Both the position numbers and the translations under genes were made by a program. From positions 1 to 53,081 of the forward strand of contig JAEOTM010000198.1 in the NCBI GenBank assembly GCA_016839815.1: DNA of 53,081 nucleotides. Reading direction: 5' to 3'. Shown here one piece after another: positions 41,236 to 49,910 of this stretch. Position 1 is the first letter of the stretch. Every line of letters begins with the position of its first letter. The notes below the pieces were generated by a model. That model was not told the origin of the DNA. It was given only the letters and a program-made list of their open reading frames with translations, and searched no databases. Source of the DNA: Candidatus Hodarchaeota archaeon (GTDB taxonomy: Archaea; Asgardarchaeota; Heimdallarchaeia; Hodarchaeales; Hodarchaeaceae).

Positions 41236-43185
41236 TTGGCCAGTAACAATCCAAAACTAGCTTTTATTAAGAGTATTGCAGCTTCTTCTCGAAAGATGGA
41301 ACAGGCTATTTCCTCAGAAATGAAAGGTAGTGTCCAAAAACTTCAATCAAGACCAAAATCGTATTATACTATCCAAGATATCGAAGAGATTATCGAATCC
41401 ATTAAAGATAAAATGATTGCGTTCAATAAGGAATCACACACAGAATTTTCTAAACGGGGTCTTAAGGATATTGATAATATCGATCTTTTACAGGAAGATT
41501 CCGATTCAACGCTCATCACAAAGAGAGAACTGAATCAACTAAGGTCAGAAGTAGAGACTTTACGTCAACAATCACCAGACACTTCATCATATGAAAAGAA
41601 GATAGAAGAACTTACTCTATTATTACAGGAAAAAGAAAATGAGATTTCAACGCTCAATTCCAAGACTGGAGCTTCCTCAGAAAAATATCAAGACCAACTA
41701 GAAGAAATAAATCGACTTCAAGAACTGTATGATGAATCACAAAGAGAAACAAAACAATCAAAATTAGAAAGAGACAAGATTGAATCAGAATACGAGGTAA
41801 TTGGTAATACTCTAATGACAACACGTCTGGAGATTGAAGAATTACAGACAGTGATAGGAAATAAGGATATTGAATTAGAGAATTTGAAGTCGGAAGTACA
41901 AGTACTAACTACCCACGCGGAAGAAAATGTAACTTTAAAAGAACAGAATACTAAATTAAATGATGAAATCGCTAATTTAAAGACTGTATTTCAGAAAGAA
42001 GTCGATAAAGTTAAGATGTCATCTTCCAAACAGGCAGATGATTTACTTGGAGAAACTAAGGGTCTGAAATTAGAAATAAACGAACTAAAAATGAAGATAT
42101 CTGACTTGGAAGAAAAAAACAAGATTTTAGAGAAAGAAAATGAAGATCTTGTTATTGATTCGGGAGAAACCAGCGAAGAAGCTCTCAATGTCCAGAAAGA
42201 ATTATCAGAGACTAAATCTCTTCTTGACCAGAAAAATATCGAAGTTAGAGATCTTAACACTCAGGTCGAGGAGCTTGAATCACAGATTACCAATCTTGAG
42301 AAAGAGAAAGTCGAATTCAAAAAACAACTGGCTTCAAGCGAATCTTCAAGAGAACGAGTTGAGGGGAACTTAACACATACACAACAAGAAATGGACGATA
42401 AAGATTCATTTATTGAGAAAATCCAATCTCGACTGAAAGAGGCAAAGAAAGCTGAAGATGAAGCACGAACAGAAAATCGAACCTTGAAAACCCAAGCTGA
42501 AGATCTACAAATCGAAGTTCAAGGTAAAAATGAAAGAATTGATGTAATTGAAAAAGCTCTGAATGAAACAAGAGAAAATCTTGCTAATCTTAAAATTGAA
42601 TATGAAAAACAGAAATCAACGATTCTCGATCATGAAACTCAGCTAAAAACTAAAAACCTTGAAGTAACCGAAACTATGAAGGAACTGAAAACTCTTAGAG
42701 AAAAACATGAAAGCATAAGAGAAGAAATTGATGGTTCCAGAACAAAAAGTGCATCCTTTGAACGGCAAAAAGAAACGTATGAAGTTGAAATTAAAAGTCT
42801 GGGATTACAACTCACAGAAGCGGATGAAGCAAATAAACGCTTAGAGAAGAAAATTAATTCATTTAAAGATGAGATAATAAAATCTAATGGGGAAAACGAA
42901 GCACTAAATCGCCAGTTAACAAGATTAAAGGAAGAATCCGAGCAATATAAACAAGCTGTGGATGTTCTAAAGATAAATTTATCCAAAAATCCAAAATATG
43001 CTATTTTATTTGTATTACAGGATATTAAACAAGCTTCAGTAGAAGAATTAGCGAAAACTGTTGCAATTCAACTCGTTTTTGCTGAACGTCTGATGAATGA
43101 ATTAGAGTCGGAAGGTTGGATTGAATACAATAAAGATCAAGCCCGTGTAACCTTAAAACGTAGTTTTTTAGATATTGAATCATAA
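41236..43185 (+). CDS. Very long coiled-coil protein with C-terminal winged helix
   Basis: Roughly 480 aa of heptad E/K/L sequence, then YAILFVLQDIKQASVEELAKTV...LESEGWIEY. No Walker motifs. Confidence 0.75.
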   Translation: MASNNPKLAFIKSIAASSRKMEQAISSEMKGSVQKLQSRPKSYYTIQDIEEIIESIKDKMIAFNKESHTEFSKRGLKDIDNIDLLQEDSDSTLITKRELNQLRSEVETLRQQSPDTSSYEKKIEELTLLLQEKENEISTLNSKTGASSEKYQDQLEEINRLQELYDESQRETKQSKLERDKIESEYEVIGNTLMTTRLEIEELQTVIGNKDIELENLKSEVQVLTTHAEENVTLKEQNTKLNDEIANLKTVFQKEVDKVKMSSSKQADDLLGETKGLKLEINELKMKISDLEEKNKILEKENEDLVIDSGETSEEALNVQKELSETKSLLDQKNIEVRDLNTQVEELESQITNLEKEKVEFKKQLASSESSRERVEGNLTHTQQEMDDKDSFIEKIQSRLKEAKKAEDEARTENRTLKTQAEDLQIEVQGKNERIDVIEKALNETRENLANLKIEYEKQKSTILDHETQLKTKNLEVTETMKELKTLREKHESIREEIDGSRTKSASFERQKETYEVEIKSLGLQLTEADEANKRLEKKINSFKDEIIKSNGENEALNRQLTRLKEESEQYKQAVDVLKINLSKNPKYAILFVLQDIKQASVEELAKTVAIQLVFAERLMNELESEGWIEYNKDQARVTLKRSFLDIES

Positions 43186-43221
43186 TTATGTAACTTTACT
43201 TCACAAAATCTTGGTGAATTT

Positions 43222-44079
43222 ATGCATGCTCAAAAAATCCTTAACGCTTGCAAGAAAAACTTGATTGATCTAGACGAGGAAATCATTCTAATTTTAAAAG
43301 CAATAGGTCAAAATCTCAGCATTATAATTGAAGGAGAATCGGGTACTGGAAAAACTGAATTAGCAAAGACTGTAGCAGCAGCGTTAAAAAGACCATTCTA
43401 TAGAGTTGATGGTGACGAGAATTTAACAATAACACAGCTTCGTGGTTGGTTTGATCCTGCATTAGTCATTGAATCAGGCTTTGGAGAGGATTCATTCATA
43501 CCAGGCCCTTTGACATTAGCTATGTTGAATGGAGGTCTATTTTTCTTTAATGAAGTAAATCGTGCACCCAGTGAATCGATTAATGGCGCTCTTTCCGCAA
43601 TGGATTCTAGAGAAAGATCAATTGAAATACCACAATACAAAAATATCGAGGCCGAGTATGGATTTTATACAATTTTCACCTTGAATCCCTCAGAATACAT
43701 CGGTACTAATCCATTACCAGAAGCATTCTTTGATAGATGCATTAGGATATATTTGTCACATAAAACAGGAAAAGATGCTGAAAAAATTGTCAAATTAAGG
43801 ACTAGCTGCACAGATAGTGAGTTAATCCAGAAATGTGTTCTTTTCACAGAAAAAACTCGCTTGAACAGTAATTTTGAACGAGGAGCGAGTATTCGAGCTG
43901 CGATTCAATTAACTCAATTACTAATGGATGGTGTGAGTGATGACAACCGAATATTACTTACCATAAATGCAGTGTTCTCTGGTAAGATAAAACTCCAACC
44001 TGATATTTCTCGTTCTGTAGAAGAATGCTTGGAAGAGATTGCCGAAGAAGTTTTTTTTGTAAACCGGCCAAAAAACTAG
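43222..44079 (+). CDS. MoxR-like AAA+ ATPase
   Basis: GESGTGKT, PGPL, FFNEVNRA, TLNP, LPEAFFDRC, SIRAAI. Confidence 0.9.
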   Translation: MHAQKILNACKKNLIDLDEEIILILKAIGQNLSIIIEGESGTGKTELAKTVAAALKRPFYRVDGDENLTITQLRGWFDPALVIESGFGEDSFIPGPLTLAMLNGGLFFFNEVNRAPSESINGALSAMDSRERSIEIPQYKNIEAEYGFYTIFTLNPSEYIGTNPLPEAFFDRCIRIYLSHKTGKDAEKIVKLRTSCTDSELIQKCVLFTEKTRLNSNFERGASIRAAIQLTQLLMDGVSDDNRILLTINAVFSGKIKLQPDISRSVEECLEEIAEEVFFVNRPKN

Positions 44080-45110
44080 GAAAGCGGGACTCTGTTCCCG
44101 CTGATTCAGGTCATACGCTTAAATTATCATCTGGTACTCCACAACGCAATCTTGTGGAAACTATTCTTGAATTTCGACTACAACAGAAACTAGATACTGC
44201 TAAAACCATCGAATTTACTGAAGAAGCACTTAATTCAAGAAATTTGCATGCAGTCGAAATACTCGCTGAATCTTACCCTCACGTAGTAGCAGACGTAATG
44301 CAAATGGATACATTCGATTCCAACCTTGTTTTAGAATCACCTAGCCTAATTTTCCAAATAAAAAACCATTTAGATCCTTTAATTGAAAAAAAACTTATGC
44401 GTATCTTAATTCCAAGGATGATTAAGGATACAGAATCCTTCTTTCATACTATAGATCGTTCACAATACCCGATTCGGACTTCTTACAATCCTGGGAAAAA
44501 GTGGAATACTGAAAAAACCATTGAGAGATTCTTATCTTCTGGGGATAGAACCTTTAACTATTCACATGTAGTCTGTGAAGAAAGAAAGGAGAAGAAATCT
44601 GCGGTATTTTTGTTGATTGATAAAAGCCACTCGGTTATACAATACTTGAACTTTATAATAATTGCATCAATTATCTTCTCTTTAGCGTTAGAAAAGAAAG
44701 ACATAGGAATCATCAGTTTCGATACTCAACCGACTATTATTAAGAGTATGAAGGATAGAGGAACAACAAGTACTCAAATCGTGAAAAAACTGATACACTT
44801 AAGCTCAGGAGGAAAAACCGACATTCATTCTGCTCTAGTTAAAGCTCGAAAAGAGCTATCGAATGTAATTACTAAGAAAAAAACTCTTATTTTAATCTCA
44901 GATTTACTAGCTACATCGGGTAGAGATTTTCTACCAATCTTGAGAACTTTTGATGATGTTCGAATTATCATCACACCAAGACGTCAAACACTTCAGCTTA
45001 CAAAGCCCTTACTCGGTCATTTACGTAAAATGAATAACGTGAAGCTATTTCTCCTACCTGAAAATGAGAGATTAATCCTTAACATGTTAGAAAAAGTTCT
45101 GTACAACTAG
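44025..45110 (+). CDS. VWA domain protein (CoxE-like), probably translated as a frameshift extension of the AAA+ ATPase
   Basis: MIDAS DKSHS, GGKTDI, ISD. The only early start in the track is a TTG inside the AAA gene. Confidence 0.82.
   Translation: MLGRDCRRSFFCKPAKKLGKRDSVPADSGHTLKLSSGTPQRNLVETILEFRLQQKLDTAKTIEFTEEALNSRNLHAVEILAESYPHVVADVMQMDTFDSNLVLESPSLIFQIKNHLDPLIEKKLMRILIPRMIKDTESFFHTIDRSQYPIRTSYNPGKKWNTEKTIERFLSSGDRTFNYSHVVCEERKEKKSAVFLLIDKSHSVIQYLNFIIIASIIFSLALEKKDIGIISFDTQPTIIKSMKDRGTTSTQIVKKLIHLSSGGKTDIHSALVKARKELSNVITKKKTLILISDLLATSGRDFLPILRTFDDVRIIITPRRQTLQLTKPLLGHLRKMNNVKLFLLPENERLILNMLEKVLYN
44070..44102 (+). other. Candidate -1 programmed ribosomal frameshift signal
   Basis: In-frame A_AAA_AAC (44070-76) directly before TAG, spacer TAGGAA, hairpin AGCGGGA-CTCTGT-TCCCGCT (44083-44102). 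The -1 frame is the VWA ORF. Confidence 0.75.
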
Positions 45111-46603
45111 TCCGTATCTGATTCCCTCTGTTCTTCGACAGGAAGGGTACCAGACTGTTGGTTTAGGATTTGATTGACTAACTTTCTATAATTATCGGGA
45201 TGGAATATCCTGTAAATTTGAAGAATTCTTGTCCTAAAATTCGGATGGTCACTATCTTTCTCGGGAGTATGTAGAAGTTCATGCTCAAAAACCATCTTCT
45301 GGGGGTGAGAAAGAAGCGTAATAATGAATTGGTCGAGCTCATTTGCTTCAAGAAATTGACTTTCATCAGAATCAAAAACTCTCCAGTCAATTGTTTTTTC
45401 CTTCAGTTCTGATGGAGTCAGCATTGTCTTACTCTCATTCATGGATGCAAAAAAATTGGACCGTTTTTCAAGCAAAGTAGGGACGGCTTGTGAAATAAGC
45501 TGATCTTTATATTCTTGATCAATGGTTAATCCATAAGCGGTCATTAAACGGTGCAATTTTTCCTCTAGGAATATTCTTGGAGCAATCTCTCTAGCCACAT
45601 CCTCGTTCAATTGAGTTCGAGGAAATCGGTGATTGATACTCCTCATAAAATCAGCTGACGGTTTTTTCTCACCAGCTAGACTATTTAACCATTCAATTTC
45701 TCTTGACAATATCTGCATGGTTTCGCTTCTTTGACCTAAATGGATTAACGAATTTATCAATATACCAGAACCGACTAGCTTAGCAGCAAAGTAATCTGAT
45801 AAGAATTCAGCTTGTCTATTAGCGGAATATAGAAATCTGACGGTTATCTTAGTTAATACTGCAATAATTAAGTAAATCAAGCCCAGAAATAGTGTTCTTT
45901 CAATTGCATAAATCGGATTAAAGGTTTCAAATAGAGCATTTTGGATTCCTGTTAGTACTTGAAGATAAATGAATAAATAGGCTAAGTTTAGAAAAAGCCG
46001 TGGAATTGAAAGAATTAGCCTAAACAGACTATCCCCGTGTTTAACATGAGCTAATTCGTGAGCTACAACAGCCTCTATTTCATTATCATTGAGGATTTCT
46101 AAAACATTAGTATTTAATACAATATAGGGTCTTCGTAAAAATGGGATTGGAATTAAATCTAAACTAAAAGCATTTGGAACAGTTTTTCGATAAACGAATA
46201 TTTTTTTCACCTTAATTTTAGCACGCGTCGAAACTTTTGACACAATATTTATGGTTTTATTTACTAATTGCTCCTCTTCAGGTAGATGAGCTATTCCTTT
46301 CTTAGGTAACGGATAAATTTGTATCATATTTTTATTGGAAAAAACGACGTTTACTAGAAAAGCTAACATTAAGATTTGTAATCCTCCTGTCAGGATTACT
46401 AATACTGCTGTAAATAGTAATTCTGAGAAGGGATTAATTGAGATATAAAAGCCAAGAACCTTCGCAAAGGTAAATTTTGAACCTTCGTCAGGAATTTGAC
46501 TGATGTGTATCCATGATACAATAATCATTTGAAGAAGTGTTAACAAAAAGAATATTGTAGCATTTAAAAAGCGATTTATCCGAATCCTTCTAATTGATAC
46601 CAT
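45107..46603 (-). CDS. M48 (HtpX-like) membrane zinc metalloprotease
   Basis: PNAFS, HELAH, RQAEFLSD, DHPNFRTRI, four TM segments. Confidence 0.88.
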   Translation of the reverse strand: MVSIRRIRINRFLNATIFFLLTLLQMIIVSWIHISQIPDEGSKFTFAKVLGFYISINPFSELLFTAVLVILTGGLQILMLAFLVNVVFSNKNMIQIYPLPKKGIAHLPEEEQLVNKTINIVSKVSTRAKIKVKKIFVYRKTVPNAFSLDLIPIPFLRRPYIVLNTNVLEILNDNEIEAVVAHELAHVKHGDSLFRLILSIPRLFLNLAYLFIYLQVLTGIQNALFETFNPIYAIERTLFLGLIYLIIAVLTKITVRFLYSANRQAEFLSDYFAAKLVGSGILINSLIHLGQRSETMQILSREIEWLNSLAGEKKPSADFMRSINHRFPRTQLNEDVAREIAPRIFLEEKLHRLMTAYGLTIDQEYKDQLISQAVPTLLEKRSNFFASMNESKTMLTPSELKEKTIDWRVFDSDESQFLEANELDQFIITLLSHPQKMVFEHELLHTPEKDSDHPNFRTRILQIYRIFHPDNYRKLVNQILNQQSGTLPVEEQRESDTD

Positions 46604-46717
46604 TTACATCACTTTTAAGAGCCGAAGATGCAACACTTCGATACCATTCATAACTAATAATGTCTATTATATCTCTTTGCTTTGTAAGATACCCGTATTG
46701 AGAAGAGATTTTCTTTT

Positions 46718-49504
46718 TTACCAATAACCAGCTAAGTAACGCAATCTAGGCACTTTCTTCGCGAGAAAAGTTCGTATTTCATCTATTAATACCAAAATAC
46801 TACCAACAAATAGAATTAAGAGCCAATCAACTAAACCTATACTGGTTGTATGGAATATACTCTGAAAAAATGGAACATATACAATCATTATGTGCAGGAA
46901 AATTGAGCTTGAGATTGCCAGTAAGAGGTAAGGATTTCTGAAGAATTCCTTTCCTAAAAGCGAATGTTCTTCTTTCCGAATATTAAGTGCCATAATCATC
47001 TGAAAAATTATAAGCATTGTGAAACCAATCGTTCGTGGCCGATCCAAAGCATCAGTATCAACCAGCAAACTGAGTGAACCACTTGTTAATGTCGACCAAG
47101 AATAAGCTAAAAATATAATTAGTGTTCCAATACCTATCATTAATCCCGAGTATATAATGAAGTACAAGGATTTTTTTGTAAGTATCTGTTCATCTGGATC
47201 ACGAGGTTTTCTAATCATGACATCTGCATCAGGAGGATCTAAACCAAGAGCTAATGCAGGTAATCCATCCGTAACCAGATTCACCCAAAGAATTTGAATA
47301 GCTAATAGGGGTAAAATAGGTACTTGGAACAATATAGACGTGATAATCATTCCAAGCAGCATCACCATTATTTCACCAGCATTACAAGATAATAAATACA
47401 GAACAAACTTTCTCATATTGTCATAAATCGTCCTCCCTTCGAGAATGGCACCTACAATGGTGGAAAAATCATCATCAGCTAATACCATATCCGAAGCTTC
47501 CTTAGAAACATCTGTTCCAGTAATTCCCATTGCTACACCAATATCAGCCCGTTTCAATGCTGGTGCATCATTGACTCCATCCCCAGTCATAGCAACAATA
47601 TGATTATTATTTTTTAAGGCAGTAACGAGTCTCAATTTATGATCAGGTGAAACTCGGGCAAAAACATTGGTATCTCTCACCTTTTCAGAAAGATCCTGAT
47701 CTGACATTTTAGACAGTTCACGTCCTTCTAATGCTACCGCGGAACTAGGATCATCAATAAGCCCGATTTCAGATGCAATTGCAACGGCTGTTTTCAAATG
47801 ATCACCTGTAATCATAATAGGACGAATACCTGCCTGCCTACATGTTGCAATAGCCTCTTTAGCTCCTCTTCTTGGAGGGTCCATTATTGCAACCGTGCCT
47901 ATATAAGTCATTTCTGATTCGATTTCTTCACTGTCATCTGAGAGGATATGTAGTTCTGTTAGATCATTATCAATCTTTTTAGACGCCATTCCAAGCATCC
48001 TATATCCTAGAGTGGCAATTTTTTGTTCCTGTTCCTCTAACATTTCACGTGTTTTTTCATCTAAAGGTTTTCTTTCTCCATTGGTTAGATAATAAGTACA
48101 AATATTAATGAGAACATCAGGAGCTCCTTTCATATAGACAAGATGATTTTTATGGGAATCTTTAACGATTACACTCATCCGTTTTGAATCTGAATCAAAT
48201 GGAATTTCATAGACTCTTTTGTAGGGTAAATTTGGCAGTTTCAGCTTTTGAGCAACTCTCAGTAAGGCTAACTCTGTTGGATCACCAACATCCTTTTTTT
48301 CAGCACCCTCACCTATCTGAGCATTATTACACTCTCTACCAATTGAAAGTAATTCCTTTAAGGCATCATTTAATAGTAAATCGTCTGTGACCGTAAATTC
48401 ATCATCAACGGTTAAAATCTTTCTAACAGTCATCTTATTCATTGTTAAAGTTCCAGTTTTATCTGAACATATTACTGTCGTAGATCCAAGTGTTTCCACA
48501 GAGGGTAGTCGGCGAATAATTGCATTTTTCCTACTCATTTTTTGTACGCCTAGTGCTAATGCTAACGTAACAACTGCCGGTAATCCTTCAGGAACTGCTG
48601 CTACTGCTAATCCTACAGAGACAATAAACATCTCTAGAGCCTCTCGTCCAAGAACAATTCCAATAGCAAATATAATAGCACAGACTGTGAGACTTCCTAT
48701 CCCAATATACTTTCCTAGAGTTGATAATCGTTGCTGTAAAGGTGTTTCTTCTCTCGATTCTTCCATTAAACCCTCCGCTATCTTCCCAAATTCAGTTTTC
48801 ATCCCTGTCTGAGTAATTAGTATCTGACCTCGCCCCCTTGACACATTAGTTCCACTGAAAACAGAATTTATCATGTCTGCAATCGGTGCGTCTTGCGGAA
48901 CAGAAATATTAGCTTTCTTAGCTACAGGAAAGGATTCTCCAGTTAGCATGCTCTCATCGATTCTCAAAGCGAGAGACTGAAGTAACCGTCCATCAGCAGG
49001 CACTTTATCTCCTTCTTCTAGAAATACGATATCTCCAGGGACTATCTTATTTGCTTCAATACGATCTTTTTTCCCATCCCGAACAACAGTTGTAAAAGGA
49101 GCAGCCATGGATTTAAGCGCTTCTATTGATTTCTCGGCCCGATACTCTTGAATAAATCCAAAAAAAGCATTGAATAAGACAATTATTGAAATTGCTGCAG
49201 AATCAATAAAATATTCCATCCTCTCTTCTTCATGTGTTGAGAAAATACCTATAGTAATAGAAATTACCAATGCCACCAAGAGGATAATAACCAAGGGGTC
49301 CATAAATTGTTCCAAAAAGAGTTTAACTGGAGATTTACTTTCACCTTTTTTGAGTTCATTTAATCCATATTTCTCTATTCGACGAGTGGCTTCCATTGAT
49401 GATAAACCTAAATCATCTTCCACTTCTAAATCAGTCATCAGTGTTCGTATATCAATAGAATGCCAGTTATCTACCATTAAAATCCCTGAAAGCCGGTTTT
49501 GCAT
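46718..49504 (-). CDS. P-type IIA (Ca2+-type) ATPase
   Basis: TGES, VPEGLP, DKTGT, KGAPD, TGDGVNDAPALK, WVNLVTDGLPA. Confidence 0.93.
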   Translation of the reverse strand: MQNRLSGILMVDNWHSIDIRTLMTDLEVEDDLGLSSMEATRRIEKYGLNELKKGESKSPVKLFLEQFMDPLVIILLVALVISITIGIFSTHEEERMEYFIDSAAISIIVLFNAFFGFIQEYRAEKSIEALKSMAAPFTTVVRDGKKDRIEANKIVPGDIVFLEEGDKVPADGRLLQSLALRIDESMLTGESFPVAKKANISVPQDAPIADMINSVFSGTNVSRGRGQILITQTGMKTEFGKIAEGLMEESREETPLQQRLSTLGKYIGIGSLTVCAIIFAIGIVLGREALEMFIVSVGLAVAAVPEGLPAVVTLALALGVQKMSRKNAIIRRLPSVETLGSTTVICSDKTGTLTMNKMTVRKILTVDDEFTVTDDLLLNDALKELLSIGRECNNAQIGEGAEKKDVGDPTELALLRVAQKLKLPNLPYKRVYEIPFDSDSKRMSVIVKDSHKNHLVYMKGAPDVLINICTYYLTNGERKPLDEKTREMLEEQEQKIATLGYRMLGMASKKIDNDLTELHILSDDSEEIESEMTYIGTVAIMDPPRRGAKEAIATCRQAGIRPIMITGDHLKTAVAIASEIGLIDDPSSAVALEGRELSKMSDQDLSEKVRDTNVFARVSPDHKLRLVTALKNNNHIVAMTGDGVNDAPALKRADIGVAMGITGTDVSKEASDMVLADDDFSTIVGAILEGRTIYDNMRKFVLYLLSCNAGEIMVMLLGMIITSILFQVPILPLLAIQILWVNLVTDGLPALALGLDPPDADVMIRKPRDPDEQILTKKSLYFIIYSGLMIGIGTLIIFLAYSWSTLTSGSLSLLVDTDALDRPRTIGFTMLIIFQMIMALNIRKEEHSLLGKEFFRNPYLLLAISSSIFLHIMIVYVPFFQSIFHTTSIGLVDWLLILFVGSILVLIDEIRTFLAKKVPRLRYLAGYW

Positions 49505-49910
49505 GATTAAAGGTTCTTACTTGAAGCCTATTCTACATTTTATCCCTATCATTTGTAGGCAAAAAAAGTTAGGGGAATTTTACATTTTTGTGAGATGTTT
49601 TTAGTAATTGCGGAATATTCGCAACTGATACACCTCCCATTTTTTCATATTTTTAACTTATTTATTCCCGAATAGAGCGATGAACTATGACTGAATTTGT
49701 CAAACAACTCGTAGAAAAGAATTCTGGACAGGATGAGTCACACATCCGCTATCCGGTAGGTTAGCCGCATTCCCACCTTTATCTAGAAATATTGGTCTTA
49801 TAAGTGTGTACCAGAGAGAGCGCTGAAAATGCCGAATATGATAAATATTATCGAATTTGACCTCATTCATTGCGGTTTTCTAGCTTCTTCTGTTTGTCGG
49901 ACAAATTGAA

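Noticed and set aside
41236-43185. SMC/Rad50 call for the long coiled-coil protein
   Set aside because: No Walker A/B, signature, hinge or Zn-hook motif.
44025-45110. AAA/VWA break as a pseudogene or simple sequencing error
   Set aside because: Both halves keep their motifs and a correctly spaced hairpin accompanies the slip site. It cannot be fully excluded without reads.
41208-46692. 12-bp direct repeat TTTGTAAGATAC at 41208 and 46681 flanking the AAA-VWA region
   Set aside because: A few such AT-rich 12-mer matches are expected by chance, and there is no integrase or transposase.
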